Shown here piece by piece: positions 21,530 through 33,202 of a stretch of 64,000 nucleotides of DNA (its first letter is position 1; each line of letters begins with the position of its first letter). Under the pieces are notes generated by a model, which did no database searches, was not told the origin of the DNA, and saw nothing but the letters and a program-made list of their open reading frames with translations. The DNA is from an uncultured delta proteobacterium (GTDB lineage Bacteria > Desulfobacterota > Desulfobacteria > Desulfobacterales > SG8-13). Both the position numbers and the translations under genes were made by a program. The DNA is taken from the NCBI GenBank assembly GCA_963848135.1, contig CAWKCK010000017.1, positions 248,001 to 312,000 on the forward strand, in the 5' to 3' direction.

Positions 21530-23461
21530 TTAAATTTCTTCCTTCGGCGATTCCGGACCCCGCTCGACGATCGGTGCCAGCTCCGGCGGTGACACCCTCA
21601 TCACGGCACGGTATTCCGGTGGGCATACAACCATGCACTCGCCACATTTGACGCACAGGGACTGATCAATGCCTTTCTTACGGTTTCGGGTGGTGAAGAC
21701 CGCATCGACCGGACAACATCCCTCACAGACATCGCAACCGCGGGCACAGCGGTCAAGGTCGATGTAAAATGCGATTAACGGACGGCAGACCATTCCGGGG
21801 CAGCGTTTGTCCTGCAGATGGGCAAGATAATCGTCGCTAAAGTACTTGAGGGACGTCAACACCGGGTTAGGGGCTGTTTTACCCAATCCGCACAGGGAAC
21901 CGTCCCGAATATCTTCGGCCAACTTCTGCAGCAGCGGTAGGTCCGATTTTTGCCCCTCACCTTCTGTCATACGCTCCAACATTTCCAGCAGGTGTTGTGT
22001 CCCGATGCGACAGAAGGTGCACTTTCCGCAGGATTCATTTCGAGTAAAATCGAGAAAAAAGCGTGAGACGTCCACCAGGCATGCATCTTCGTCCATGACC
22101 ACCATACCCCCCGAACCCATCATCGCTCCCGCTGCCTTCAATGAGTCGAAATCAATTGGGGTGTCGAGATAACTTTCCGGCAGACAGCCCCCCGAAGGCC
22201 CTCCGATCTGAACCGCTTTGAAATTTTTCTGGTTCGGTATCCCGCCGCAGATATCGAAAATCAACGTCCGCAGGGTTACCCCCATGGGAATCTCCACCAG
22301 ACCGGGATGGATCACATTGCCGACAATCGAGAAAATGGCCGTTCCAGGGCTGTCGGGGGTACCGATTTTCTTGAACCAATCGGTCCCGTTTTCAAGAATG
22401 GGCGGCACGCAGGCCAGGGTTTTGACATTGTTGATCACCGTTGGTTTCCCTCCCAGCCCGGATTGGACCGGAAATGGGGGCCTGTGCTGTGGCATGCCGC
22501 GATAACCCTCAATGGATTGTATCAGAGCGGTTTCTTCGCCGCACACAAAGGCCCCGGATCCCTCGAACACTTCGATTTCGAGATCGAAAGAACTACCGAG
22601 GATCCTCTGGCCCAGTAATCCTTGATCTTTAGCCTGCCGAATGGCATTGCGAACAATCTGCACGGCCAGGGGGTACTCAGCCCGCACATAGACAATCCCC
22701 CTTGAAGCTCCCACGGCATAGGCACAGACAATCATCCCCTCGAGCACCTGATGGGGATTGCTTTCCAATATCGTGCGGTCCATGTAAGCGCCAGGATCTC
22801 CCTCATCGGCGTTGCAGATAACGACTTTTTCGTCGCCTTCGACCTGATAGGCCTTCTCCCATTTGATCCCAGTAGGAAAGCCAGCGCCCCCGCGTCCTCT
22901 GAGACCGGAACGTTTGATGTCGGCAACAACATCCCCGGGGGGCCGATCCAGAGCCGAAACCATGGACGCATACCCCCCATCGGCGATGTATTCATAGATG
23001 TCTTCAGGATCGATGCGACCGCATCTCTCCATGACCAGCCGCTTTTCCTGGTTGAACCGTGGAAATTCCATGACCGACGGGATCAATTCATTTTCCACGG
23101 TGGCGCCGAGGATGTGCTCCAAACGCGGGTCACCACCTTCCAGAAACAATTTTGTCAACATCGTCGCTTTGCCGGGATTGACCTCGGGGTAAAAAATCGG
23201 CGGAAAACCGGATTCCGGATGGTCGATAACGACAACCGGTTCCGCATAACAATGCCCGACGCACCCGATGGTGTGAATGCGCGCCTTGATTCCTCTCGCT
23301 TCCAAAGCCTGTTCGAAAGCCACTTTGGTTTCCAGAGCACCGGCCGCAATGCCGCAAGTGGCCATGCCGATATGAATTTTCGGTACCGGGTCGTCCCTGA
23401 AGGCCAACTGTCGTTTCCGGGCTTCCGCCCGAATTGCGTCAAAGGCTTGTATTGTCGTCAT
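21530..23461 (-). CDS. NuoF/HydB-like NADH- and FMN-binding subunit
   Basis: GLRGRGGAGFPTG, CNADEGDPG, GAFVCGEETAL, GGPSGG, ESCGKCTFCR; N-terminal Trx-like [2Fe-2S] and C-terminal 2x[4Fe-4S] domains. Confidence 0.93.
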   Translation of the reverse strand: MTTIQAFDAIRAEARKRQLAFRDDPVPKIHIGMATCGIAAGALETKVAFEQALEARGIKARIHTIGCVGHCYAEPVVVIDHPESGFPPIFYPEVNPGKATMLTKLFLEGGDPRLEHILGATVENELIPSVMEFPRFNQEKRLVMERCGRIDPEDIYEYIADGGYASMVSALDRPPGDVVADIKRSGLRGRGGAGFPTGIKWEKAYQVEGDEKVVICNADEGDPGAYMDRTILESNPHQVLEGMIVCAYAVGASRGIVYVRAEYPLAVQIVRNAIRQAKDQGLLGQRILGSSFDLEIEVFEGSGAFVCGEETALIQSIEGYRGMPQHRPPFPVQSGLGGKPTVINNVKTLACVPPILENGTDWFKKIGTPDSPGTAIFSIVGNVIHPGLVEIPMGVTLRTLIFDICGGIPNQKNFKAVQIGGPSGGCLPESYLDTPIDFDSLKAAGAMMGSGGMVVMDEDACLVDVSRFFLDFTRNESCGKCTFCRIGTQHLLEMLERMTEGEGQKSDLPLLQKLAEDIRDGSLCGLGKTAPNPVLTSLKYFSDDYLAHLQDKRCPGMVCRPLIAFYIDLDRCARGCDVCEGCCPVDAVFTTRNRKKGIDQSLCVKCGECMVVCPPEYRAVMRVSPPELAPIVERGPESPKEEI

Positions 23462-23608
23462 CGCAGTTTATACCGCTTCTAAAAATAAAATCCGAAAAAA
23501 CGGACCGAATTATTGACAACCTTCATATATCTCTCCGTTCCGGACCGCATGAAATATTCGAGACTAAAAGGTACAAGCCTGTGGCGGCATCGATTTATTT
23601 CCCATTTG

Positions 23609-24766
23609 TCATGAAGTGGCACGGCCAGACGGCGGCCCGGCATCTGACGGCAACCGGAAGGTGAATGTGGACCCGGCATCCTTACGCGATTGGACGTCGA
23701 TTTCACCGCCGTGCCGTTCAATAATTTTTTTAGTCATCATCAAACCGATACCCGTACCCCGGGTGCCTTTGGTGCTGAAAAAACCCTGGAAAATTTTTGC
23801 CGTTACGGCATTGTCCATACCGCTACCGGTATCGGATACCCGGTATTCCGCCCCCCACCCCGGTGCGGATTTGGTCTGAATGTGCACGCTGTGATTTTGG
23901 CCGGACGGACGAATGCCTTCGCAGGCATCGAATGCGTTGGCCAGAAGGTTCAAGATACACCGCTGAATCGCTTCAGCATCGAACCAAAACGGTGCTAACG
24001 CCTCGAGTTCAACGGTCAACGTGATATTGCCATCAGCCGCCCGCGAACCTGCCGCCGCCACGGCTTCTCTGACGGGCAAATTGGGATCACAAAGTTCGGT
24101 ATGTAACTCAGCGTATTTCCCATAGTTTAGCAGGTCGAGAGAAAGGCTGCGGATTTTGTCCACATTGCCTTTGACCATCTCCCAGCCCTCTAAAAGATAC
24201 TTCTTGTCGTCGCGCTCGATGCCCTGGCCGAGAACGAAAATCCCCCCTCTCAGGCCACCGGCAATGTTTTTAATGGTGTGAGAAAGACCGGCAACAGTTT
24301 GGCCGATAGCCGCCATCCGTTCCGCTTCGATTAGTTTGCGGGCCTTTATTTCCACCAACCTTTCAAGATGCACGGTATACTCTCTGATCTGATTGCGCAT
24401 CGTGATTCGTTCCCGGGCACGACGGAGTGCAATCTGCAATATTTCGTCGTCGATGGGTTTGGTGACAAAATCGGTGGCATCGTGTTTAAGGCTCTGGATT
24501 GCCAGTTCCATATCACCCTGGCCGGTAAAGACAATGACTTCCGTATCGCTATTTTTCTGTTTGATTTTTTGCAGCAGGGTGATGCCGTCCATGTCCGGCA
24601 TCTTGATATCCGTCAGGACAATCTGTGGGTTAACCTCATCGAACTTTCGTAGTGCGTCTTCACCGCAACTGGCGGAGTGCACCGTGTACCCCTGATCGGC
24701 CAAGGACAGTCCCAGGACCTTACGGATCCCCGCTTCGTCATCGACCAGTAAAATCGTCTCAGTCAT
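23609..24766 (-). CDS. Hybrid receiver-histidine kinase
   Basis: LLVDDE..TDIKMP receiver; SHTIKN H-box; GTGIGL ATPase motif. Confidence 0.92.
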   Translation of the reverse strand: MTETILLVDDEAGIRKVLGLSLADQGYTVHSASCGEDALRKFDEVNPQIVLTDIKMPDMDGITLLQKIKQKNSDTEVIVFTGQGDMELAIQSLKHDATDFVTKPIDDEILQIALRRARERITMRNQIREYTVHLERLVEIKARKLIEAERMAAIGQTVAGLSHTIKNIAGGLRGGIFVLGQGIERDDKKYLLEGWEMVKGNVDKIRSLSLDLLNYGKYAELHTELCDPNLPVREAVAAAGSRAADGNITLTVELEALAPFWFDAEAIQRCILNLLANAFDACEGIRPSGQNHSVHIQTKSAPGWGAEYRVSDTGSGMDNAVTAKIFQGFFSTKGTRGTGIGLMMTKKIIERHGGEIDVQSRKDAGSTFTFRLPSDAGPPSGRATS

Positions 24767-24789
24767 CGCTGGCTCTCTGCCGCTCGGCC

Positions 24790-27063
24790 TCACGTATTTT
24801 TGATCGGAATCGAAATCGCAAAGCAGGTGCCTTGGGGTTCATTTTCCGACACCCGAATGTTTCCGCCAAAATCCTTTATGATTCCATAACTTATGGAAAG
24901 CCCCAAGCCGGTCCCCTTACCGACCTCCTTGGTCGTGAAGAACGGCTCGAAGATCTTATCTACAATGGATGGCGGGATGCCGATACCGGTGTCACAGACG
25001 TCGACAATGACCTTATTGTGTTCAGATTGGGTGCGCAAGAATATTTTTTTATCAAATGCTTGTGGATCTTCCTTTTCCAACCGATCCATAATCGCATCGC
25101 GCGCATTGATCAACAGGTTGATGAACACTTGCTCGAGGCGGTCCGGATCGACCATGACCTGAGGCAGATCTTCCTGAAGCGCCCAGGCGGTGTCGATACC
25201 CCGAACCTTCAACTGTTGACTAAAAATTTCGAAGGCCTTTATGATAATCTGGTTGATCTGGACGCTCTCCAATCCCAGGTCAGATTTGCGCCCGAACTGA
25301 CGCAGGTGGTTGATTATCTTGCTGGCCCGGTCCACATGGCTGTCTATTTCCTCGGCCATTGTTTTAAGGATGTCTTCCTTTATCGGCTCTTTTTTCTTCA
25401 CCTTTCTGATAAAGAAGTTACTGGCGGTTTTGATGACCGAAAGCGGCTGGTTCAATTCATGGGCCACTCCCGTGGCCATTTCACCGAGGGTGGCCATCTT
25501 GCTGGCCTGAATCAGTTGTTGTTCCGTTTCGAGTCGTTTGGTGATATCGCTGGTAGTTACCAGGAGCACTTTTTTTCCGGGATATTCCGATGGCGAAATG
25601 CGGATATTGACAAAAAGGGTCTTGCCGTCGTTTGTGCGCTGTTTCACCTGGCTGATAATCGAGGCCGATTTCAGATTGCGGGCGATACGAGCGCGGTCCT
25701 CATCGGTGAACAGATCCAGAAAAGAACGCGTGGTCATATGCGCCTTGTCGCAACCATAGACGACCTTTACGCTGTCATTGCAGTCAAGTACCTCAAGTGT
25801 GTCCCTATCGAGAACGAAAACCGGATTGGGTATGTTGTTAAAGATGGCGTGGTACTTCTTTTCGGATTCCTCCAGTTTTTCTTCCAGTTGCTTGCGGGGA
25901 GTTATATCCAGGTTCATTTCCATTGCAGCAACGATTTCGCCTTCAGAGTTTCGGATCGGGGATGTTTGCACCAGCCAGTGGGTCGGGTTACCGTCCTTAC
26001 CGACCCCTGTTTCTTCGCTCGTATGGGAAAACCCATCCTCGAAAGTCCGTTCCACCGGACAGACAACGCATTTTTCCTCTCGACCTTTGTAAACCTTATA
26101 GCAGTAATCGCCTTCGTGCGGATCGAAGCTTTCGGCAAATTTCCGATTGTAACGCATCAATTTATAATCCCGGTTCTGGACCGTGACGAAACAGGGCACC
26201 ATTTCGAATAATGTCTGGTATTCATCCCGCTGCCGATTCAACTCCGACTGCTTCTGCCCGATTTCTTGACTCATCTGGTTGATCACCCGGGCCAATTGCC
26301 CCACCTCGTTGTTGGTGGGGATATCAATTTTACTGCTGTAATCGCCCTGATGTATTCGTCGGGTCCCCTCCATCAGACGATTTATCGGCTGCTTGACGAA
26401 CCTGAATACGAAGATGAAAATGATGGCCGAAGTAATCAAAAACATGGTCAGGGCCAAGCCGAAGAGTCCCTTTTCAAAAAAGAATATTTCACGATCCAGG
26501 TCCTCCAGGGAAACAACGACATCCAAGGCGCCGAGAATTTTTTTATTTTCCGGGTGAAAGTGACAATCAGATGTGGAACAGCCAGGTTCATTGTAGATCG
26601 GGCTGATTATACCGATCTGGCGAATACCGTCCGGTGAGGAGAAAATCCGCGTACGTTGTTTCAAATCGACGCTTATCAGCGGCGGTTCGGCACGGTGACA
26701 GATGTCGCAGGCTTCGGCTTTGATATTTGTCCCTTGATCGAGTTCTTCGGCTCGGTTGGAAAATTTAATCTGGCCGGCCTTATTGTAGATACGGATATTC
26801 TTGATTTCTTTCTGACGGCCGATGTTATTGATGATTTGGTTGATTTCATCACGAGAGTTGAGCATCATGGCATAATGCGTGCCCAGTTTGATCGTGTTGC
26901 TGAGCCGATCCGACCCGATCGCCACTTCCCCTTTTAACCGCTCTTTCTGGTAAGTAACGCTGAAATATGACCATGTGGCAACGCTGGCCAATAAAGTCAA
27001 CCCGACGGTGACGATCAGATTGGTCACCAGACTGTGTCGGAGATCGCGGATAAACTTGAACAT
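24790..27063 (-). CDS. Membrane sensor histidine kinase: periplasmic heme-c motifs, HAMP, 2 PAS
   Basis: [37 protein letters not shown]. Confidence 0.92.
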   Translation of the reverse strand: MFKFIRDLRHSLVTNLIVTVGLTLLASVATWSYFSVTYQKERLKGEVAIGSDRLSNTIKLGTHYAMMLNSRDEINQIINNIGRQKEIKNIRIYNKAGQIKFSNRAEELDQGTNIKAEACDICHRAEPPLISVDLKQRTRIFSSPDGIRQIGIISPIYNEPGCSTSDCHFHPENKKILGALDVVVSLEDLDREIFFFEKGLFGLALTMFLITSAIIFIFVFRFVKQPINRLMEGTRRIHQGDYSSKIDIPTNNEVGQLARVINQMSQEIGQKQSELNRQRDEYQTLFEMVPCFVTVQNRDYKLMRYNRKFAESFDPHEGDYCYKVYKGREEKCVVCPVERTFEDGFSHTSEETGVGKDGNPTHWLVQTSPIRNSEGEIVAAMEMNLDITPRKQLEEKLEESEKKYHAIFNNIPNPVFVLDRDTLEVLDCNDSVKVVYGCDKAHMTTRSFLDLFTDEDRARIARNLKSASIISQVKQRTNDGKTLFVNIRISPSEYPGKKVLLVTTSDITKRLETEQQLIQASKMATLGEMATGVAHELNQPLSVIKTASNFFIRKVKKKEPIKEDILKTMAEEIDSHVDRASKIINHLRQFGRKSDLGLESVQINQIIIKAFEIFSQQLKVRGIDTAWALQEDLPQVMVDPDRLEQVFINLLINARDAIMDRLEKEDPQAFDKKIFLRTQSEHNKVIVDVCDTGIGIPPSIVDKIFEPFFTTKEVGKGTGLGLSISYGIIKDFGGNIRVSENEPQGTCFAISIPIKNT

Positions 27064-27618
27064 GGTCTCCTGCCCGTGTACTTGGTTAAGTCAGACGGTG
27101 ATTTTATACCGCTCTTTAACAATAATTTCCGAATACGGATCGTATTTTTGACAATCACGACATAGACTGCCCATCTGCACCCGCTGCGGGACTCAATTGA
27201 TCCGATTTTAAACAAATCCTCAATCTTCCAGCACTCATCCCCCGGTGTGGTCAACCAGATCCCAGAATATGGTGCTGTACTGAAGTTATTGAAATTACTA
27301 TTAAGATTATTTATTGTCAAGATATGTGGCTATATAATTTGATTTCCGGCAGGTCCACGGACTAAACGGTGACCTGTATTCGGCAGGGTGTATCCGGGCA
27401 GGCGATATGGGTACGTGGCGGCGGCACGATGAATGGAGGAATCAGAGGGCCGGGAACGGCGATCGCACGGGTGTATGCTGAGACGTTCCCCCGGAACCCT
27501 ATTACGGTCATTTCACCAGGTGAAGACTTTCACGGTCCCAGACCGCTCACAGCTATCCACTTACAGCCTTGAATATCGACAGGCATAGGAAGCCTTCTTT
27601 CGACCTGAAATCTACGGA

Positions 27619-29586
27619 CTATACGCAACGGCTGCCGTCCAATTTTTTTTTCATCAATTTCTTGGCGGATTCAGGCAGTATTTTCGGCAGTGTCACTCGA
27701 AAAAGCGAACCCTCCCCCGGTTTGGATTCGACATGAATACTTCCGCCATGCTGATGAATGATAAGGTTGGAAATATACAGCCCCAGTCCGGTGCCCTCAT
27801 GTCCTTTGGATGAGAAAAATAGCGTGAACATATTCTCACGGATATTTTCGTCCATACCGATACCGTTATCGCGGATCTCAAAAATGATGTGCTCGCTGTT
27901 ATCAGGCGCGACCCGAAAAACAATCCGGGGCGATGCGGCGGGCCGATCAGCCAGGGTGGCTTCGACAGCATTGTCAAAAATGTTGATCAGGGCCGTACGC
28001 ACAACGCCGACGTCGATCTCGATTTCTCCTGCCGATGGTGCGATATCCTTAACAAACGCCACCCCCTGATGCACGATCTTATGTTCAATCATCAAGCACA
28101 CATCTTCGGCAAAACTCTGCACATCGACCACTTCCCATCGCAAATCCCTTTCCTTGGCATAGTATAGAATGTTCAGGACCATGTTGCGGATGCGGTCGAC
28201 CGTCAACTGGACGATGCCCCATCCCTCTGTAACCTTCTCCTGGTCCCCACCGGCGTTGCCGCTGTTAATCATATACAAGCCGCCATCCAACCCGGTTAGA
28301 AGTCCCTTGATGCCGTGGGATATGGAACTGATCAAAAATCCCAGGGAAGTAAGGCGGTCCTGCAGCTGGCGTATCTGGGTAATATTGGTTGACATCTCCA
28401 TAACCTGAATGATGTCGCCGGCGGCATTGCGGATCGGAGCCGTCCAAACCAGCACGTTATACTGTATTCCGGATTCGGCGGTGACGACCATTTCGGCTTG
28501 ATGGGACCGGCCGTCGGCAAAAGTTTTTGCCACAGGGCATTTGGGGCATGGCTCCGTGCGGTGCTTATATGTTGCGAAACAGTGGGATCCGATCTTATCT
28601 CCAAAATCTTCTTTGAAGCGCCGATTCGTGGCGGTTAATCGATACTGCCGATCTTGAACCGATATGTAGCACGGAACCTCGTCGAACAACATCTCGTAGC
28701 GCTGCTGTGTGGCACGTAGTTCTTCCTGAAGGCGATTGACCTCGGAAATATCGGCGGCAATTTCGAGCACCAGTTCCAACTCACCTTTGCCGTTGCGGAT
28801 CGGCGCCGTGTGGATGATCACCGGCAGTTCACTGCCGTCCAGGTAGCGCACTTTTTCTTTGGCCCTTTGCCCGCTGCCATTGGCAAAAGTTCTGGCAACA
28901 GGGCAGTCCTTCGCCTCTCCCGAACCAGAAACGAAAATCTCCCAAGAGTTAGACCCGACTTTGTCGCCCAGGTACTCCCGGTAGAGCTGGTTGGTCTCCA
29001 AGATTTTCAAATCCCTGTTGTGTATCGAGACAAAGCACGGCATTTCATTGAAATATCGGATGCCGCCCTCCAGATCACCGGCAATGCCGCGAATGGCGGC
29101 ATAGAGGCCTTCCACCGCTTGCCCGACGGCAACCTGCCGCTCTGCTTGCACAAGTTTGGCCGATTGTTCTTTGACGAGGGTCTCGAGGTTTTCGGTGTAC
29201 TCCCGCAACATTTCCCGCATGCCGATTCTCTCGTTTGCTCTCTTTAGGGCAATTTCAAGAACATCGTCATTAATGGGTTTGGTTACGAAATCGGTGGCAT
29301 CATGCTGCAGGCTTTTGATGGCCAAGTCCATGTCGCCGTGCCCGGTAATCATAATGACTTCGGTATCCGGATTTTTCAATTTGATGTTTTTCAAAAGGGT
29401 AATACCGTCGATACCCGGCATTTTGATGTCGGTAAGTACGATCGCGGGGTCATGCTGAGCATATAACTTCAGGGCCTGTTCACCATTTTCAGCCGTGAGG
29501 ACGTCATACCCGATGTCGGTCAGAGAAATACCGAGGACCTTGCGAATTCCCTCTTCGTCATCGACAAGTAGAATCTTCTTTTTCAT
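27619..29586 (-). CDS. Hybrid receiver-PAS-PAS-histidine kinase
   Basis: Receiver, PAS domains with CPV motifs, SHGIKG, GTGLGL. Confidence 0.92.
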   Translation of the reverse strand: MKKKILLVDDEEGIRKVLGISLTDIGYDVLTAENGEQALKLYAQHDPAIVLTDIKMPGIDGITLLKNIKLKNPDTEVIMITGHGDMDLAIKSLQHDATDFVTKPINDDVLEIALKRANERIGMREMLREYTENLETLVKEQSAKLVQAERQVAVGQAVEGLYAAIRGIAGDLEGGIRYFNEMPCFVSIHNRDLKILETNQLYREYLGDKVGSNSWEIFVSGSGEAKDCPVARTFANGSGQRAKEKVRYLDGSELPVIIHTAPIRNGKGELELVLEIAADISEVNRLQEELRATQQRYEMLFDEVPCYISVQDRQYRLTATNRRFKEDFGDKIGSHCFATYKHRTEPCPKCPVAKTFADGRSHQAEMVVTAESGIQYNVLVWTAPIRNAAGDIIQVMEMSTNITQIRQLQDRLTSLGFLISSISHGIKGLLTGLDGGLYMINSGNAGGDQEKVTEGWGIVQLTVDRIRNMVLNILYYAKERDLRWEVVDVQSFAEDVCLMIEHKIVHQGVAFVKDIAPSAGEIEIDVGVVRTALINIFDNAVEATLADRPAASPRIVFRVAPDNSEHIIFEIRDNGIGMDENIRENMFTLFFSSKGHEGTGLGLYISNLIIHQHGGSIHVESKPGEGSLFRVTLPKILPESAKKLMKKKLDGSRCV

Positions 29587-29723
29587 GGCGAATCTGATCA
29601 GAAGCATTCCGAACGGCGATACGGGCACCGTTGGATTTGCTGAAACGTAGAAAATAACTGGGTATTGGCCTGGCTGCCACCGTATCTTGGCATCAGGGGT
29701 GTATGTCAGTCACGCGGCCACTT

Positions 29724-30116
29724 TCAAATCATGTCCGTTACGGCAGCCAGCAATTCTTCCGGTTCGAACGGTTTTTCCAGATAGACGGTCGGGTGGGTTA
29801 CCTCAATGGCCAATTGGACGTTGAGCATGTTGAGGTAGTGGAAAAAGGAGGCCTTCTTGACCGCTGAGAGCATAATCACCGGTATGTCTCTGAGATCGGG
29901 GGCTGTTTTCAGCTGTCGGTACATTTCGGCCCCGCCCTCACCCGGCATCATGACATCCAGAATAATCAAATCAGGATGAATTTCCCGGGCTTTGCGAATC
30001 CCTTCGCGTCCCTCGCGGGTAGCGAAAGGGATATATCCACCGGTCTCAAGAACCGTGGATATATAGATCCGCATGTCCATCTCATCATCGACGACAAGAA
30101 TTTTTTTCTTATCCAT
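29724..30116 (-). CDS. Single-domain response regulator (Rrf1-like position)
   Basis: ILVVDDE, LDVMMP, EKP. Confidence 0.9.
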   Translation of the reverse strand: MDKKKILVVDDEMDMRIYISTVLETGGYIPFATREGREGIRKAREIHPDLIILDVMMPGEGGAEMYRQLKTAPDLRDIPVIMLSAVKKASFFHYLNMLNVQLAIEVTHPTVYLEKPFEPEELLAAVTDMI

Positions 30117-30218
30117 CGTGAGCCTCCATCGGCGCCCGGATTCGGAATCGGGGTATTGTGGCAATGGGTCGGATCCTCATGCACCTGATCCGGCAGCCGG
30201 GTGTGGAGCGCCCGAGTA

Positions 30219-31148
30219 TTACTCCATAACGTCGGTTACCTTGTCCGGGTGATTGACGCTGGCCACGGGGCATGAGGCTCTCAATACGACCTGCTCGACG
30301 GTACTTCCCAGAAGCGCTTCTTCCGGATCGATCTCCCTGGTGTGGTGCGCCATGACGATCAGGTCTCCGTTTACCTGTCTAGCATACTTGAGAATTTCAA
30401 TGTATGGAATTCCTTCCCAAACTTCCACGGAATAGTTGTCGAAGTCCTTCAGTTTTGCCAGATGGCGACCCTCTATTCGTTTGTGCGCCTCGGCGAGCAA
30501 TCTTTCGATTTCGGGCTGAACCTGAACCTGACCGGCACTACCGTACTTGACATCCAGGGCGTGAAATACATGCAGTCTGGCCCCAACTTCCTTGGCGAGT
30601 TTATAGGCCCAAAGGAAAGCATAATCGGATGCTTTAGAAAAGTCGGTTCCCACGACGATGTTGGAGAACAGCTTCCAGCATGTGGTACAGGGTCGACTGA
30701 TAATGACTACCGGACACCGGGCGGCCTTGGCCACCTTCTGCATGGTACTGCCGACCACTGACCGGTAACGCGCCGCCCCAACGTCTTCTTCCCGGGTATG
30801 CGCCCCCATGATAATCATGTCGACATCTTCCTTGCGGGCTTTGCGCAAAATCTCCCGGGGGGGGACGCCCACGACAGCCTCGAGGATGCTGTTTTCGCTG
30901 TCGGCAAGCAAATCCCCATAGGTGTTCTGCATTTCTTCTTTGACCCATTCGGTGTAATCGCCGTTCAGTTGATCGGTCTCTCCGGTTCGAACGTCCGTGA
31001 CAAATTGACTGAAGCCGCGGGTGGGAATTCCCAGTACATGAAACACATAAAGTTTGGCATCCCACTTCAGTTCAAGGTCGAAGGCGACTTTGGCGGCATT
31101 GTCGCATACCGGTGAGGCGGTCGTGGCAAACAGTAATTTTTTAAACAT
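30219..31148 (-). CDS. Tandem universal stress protein
   Basis: Two Usp domains (DMIIMG...GST...CPV; DLIVMA...LGST...CPV). Confidence 0.9.
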   Translation of the reverse strand: MFKKLLFATTASPVCDNAAKVAFDLELKWDAKLYVFHVLGIPTRGFSQFVTDVRTGETDQLNGDYTEWVKEEMQNTYGDLLADSENSILEAVVGVPPREILRKARKEDVDMIIMGAHTREEDVGAARYRSVVGSTMQKVAKAARCPVVIISRPCTTCWKLFSNIVVGTDFSKASDYAFLWAYKLAKEVGARLHVFHALDVKYGSAGQVQVQPEIERLLAEAHKRIEGRHLAKLKDFDNYSVEVWEGIPYIEILKYARQVNGDLIVMAHHTREIDPEEALLGSTVEQVVLRASCPVASVNHPDKVTDVME

Positions 31149-31151
31149 CGC

Positions 31152-31688
31152 TCATCTCCTTAAATCACACGCATCGGGGGTTCCATGAAAGCCAAGTTCC
31201 CATGCTATTCCGTCAATGAATTCGAACAGCGTAAAAATGGTCTCAAATTCAAAAACATCCATCCGGTCTCCGAACACAACGTGCTTCAGTTTACCCAGTT
31301 TCAGCGGCAGATCCAACAATCCCTCCAGTCGAGAGGACCTGATCTCGTTGGTTTCAGCCCCGCATACACCGCTCAGCGAGTGGTAGATTTCCAAGCGCGG
31401 CTCGCCGGGGAATCCGATCATTTCGACTGTTTTTCTGAACTCCAGAAAGTCGAAACCGGCGCCACAACACCCATCGGGAGGGCAAGAATGGTACTGATAT
31501 AGATAGGACGGAAAAAACGCGTTTATTTTTTCCAGCTCGGCATAATGTGCGATTATTCGGAAAAAACTGCGCAGCGTGAAAGCATCCGCCAGTTCAACTT
31601 TGTTGCCCAGATACGCCAATGGTTCCGCGACAACCCGTTGGCGCTCGTCGATGATTGTTCCATCATTCTGCAGCTGGATCGTATTCAT
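31152..31688 (-). CDS. Hypothetical protein in the hmc operon
   Basis: 178-aa ORF co-oriented between hmcF and the Usp gene. Confidence 0.75.
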   Translation of the reverse strand: MNTIQLQNDGTIIDERQRVVAEPLAYLGNKVELADAFTLRSFFRIIAHYAELEKINAFFPSYLYQYHSCPPDGCCGAGFDFLEFRKTVEMIGFPGEPRLEIYHSLSGVCGAETNEIRSSRLEGLLDLPLKLGKLKHVVFGDRMDVFEFETIFTLFEFIDGIAWELGFHGTPDACDLRR

Positions 31689-31783
31689 GATCGTGCCGCT
31701 TTCCGGAAATGAACCCCCGACATTGAACTTCTGCGAACCGCGAGCAGGATTCAGTTGTCGCCTGATGATTTACTGCAACGGTT

Positions 31784-33184
31784 TTACTGCTCTGTCACCT
31801 TCATGTGCTCCGGGACTTCAACCATGCTGATCAGTAAGGGTTTCAAGAAACTCCACCGGATCCCGATCTTGTAGATTTCTTCCAAATCGCGAATCGCGTC
31901 CCAGCAATTGTGGCAAGGAGACACAACCAGTTTGGCGCCGGTGGCCAGTATTTGATCCCGTTTTATCTTCAACCCGATATTGCGTTGGGCGCGGTAGCGA
32001 CCGATACCATTTAATCCGCCGCCGCCGCCGCAACAGAAATTATGCTCCCGGCAGGGCGTCATTTCCCGGAAATCTTCGGCAATATAGCCCATGATTTCGC
32101 GCGCAAAGTCTCCCAGGCCACCGTTGCGGATATAGTTGCAGGAATCCTGGTAAGTGACCGGTTCCTTGATCTTCCTGGCCGGGTCGATCTTAAGCTTACC
32201 CGTTCGCAGGGCCTCGGCAACCCACTCCACATAGTGAAAACTGGGTACCGGCGTTTGTCCGGATTTGAGGCCGGCCCAATAAGGGCCTTCAATGACGGTG
32301 GCCCGGTAGGCATGTCCACATTCGGTAACAACCATTCGTTTAGGTTTCAACCGCTCCATGGCCGCGTAGACACTCTCGACCTGCATCTTGCAGGCCGCCC
32401 AGTCACCGGCAAACATGGCTAAGCTGGTCTCCTCCCATCCCTCGCTGGGTACCGTCCAATTTTCTCCGGCAAGATGAAACAGAATCGCGGCTTCGGCCAG
32501 ATCTTCCGGATAATGCTTTGGTTCGCGTGCATTGACGGTGTAAATGATATCGGCGTTTTCCACATCGACCGGAATGGTTAACCCCGGCCAATCTTCTTCG
32601 TATTCCTCTGCCATCCACTCGCAGGTATCTACCCAGTCCTCTGAGGTGACATCCATTTGGGCCCGGTAAATACGGTGCATGCCGGTTCCGATTTTCATCT
32701 CCCAGGGAGTAAATCCCTGCGAAAAGAGCAATCCGCGCAAATAGCTGAACATGATCCCGGTGTCGATCCCGAAGGGACAATAAACACCGCAACGGGTACA
32801 ACAGGTGCACTTGGAGTAGGCCGTGTCCATGCACATCTGCATGAACGCATTGTCGACTTTGCCTTTACGCCGAATCAATTCTCCCAGTGTCTGCTGGATC
32901 TTGTAAGACGGCACTTGGGTGGGGTCCCGATCGTTGGCCAGAAAATAGAAACAGGACTCGGCACACAACCCGCAATGAGAGCATATGTCGAGCCAGGTCT
33001 TCAGTCGGGATTTGAATGTTTTTTGAATAGTGGCCCAGAGTGCCTCGTCATCGATGTCCAGATGATTCATTTCTTCGTAATATTGTTTGCCGCTTTTATC
33101 TGCCAGCAGTGCGTGCAGCAGTTCTACGGTGTCTACGGTTTTTTTGTTGCAAAGTTTTCCTTCAGGCATTTCTTTTCTCCGCAT
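31784..33184 (-). CDS. hmcF: HmcF, cytoplasmic Fe-S/CCG (HdrD/DsrK-like) subunit
   Basis: [30 protein letters not shown]...CCGGGGG...PCHNC; operon order. Confidence 0.9.
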   Translation of the reverse strand: MRRKEMPEGKLCNKKTVDTVELLHALLADKSGKQYYEEMNHLDIDDEALWATIQKTFKSRLKTWLDICSHCGLCAESCFYFLANDRDPTQVPSYKIQQTLGELIRRKGKVDNAFMQMCMDTAYSKCTCCTRCGVYCPFGIDTGIMFSYLRGLLFSQGFTPWEMKIGTGMHRIYRAQMDVTSEDWVDTCEWMAEEYEEDWPGLTIPVDVENADIIYTVNAREPKHYPEDLAEAAILFHLAGENWTVPSEGWEETSLAMFAGDWAACKMQVESVYAAMERLKPKRMVVTECGHAYRATVIEGPYWAGLKSGQTPVPSFHYVEWVAEALRTGKLKIDPARKIKEPVTYQDSCNYIRNGGLGDFAREIMGYIAEDFREMTPCREHNFCCGGGGGLNGIGRYRAQRNIGLKIKRDQILATGAKLVVSPCHNCWDAIRDLEEIYKIGIRWSFLKPLLISMVEVPEHMKVTEQ

Positions 33185-33202
33185 CGTCTTTGTTTGCTAC
33201 TT

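Noticed and set aside
24652..26211. Long plus-strand ORFs antisense to real genes (also 22751-23482, 37219-38121, 51023-51952, 59285-60139)
   Set aside because: Shadow frames of well-supported minus-strand genes, with no motifs.
27064..27618. 555-bp gap between two kinases as a possible ncRNA or gene
   Set aside because: No convincing ORF, repeat or recognisable structure found by inspection.
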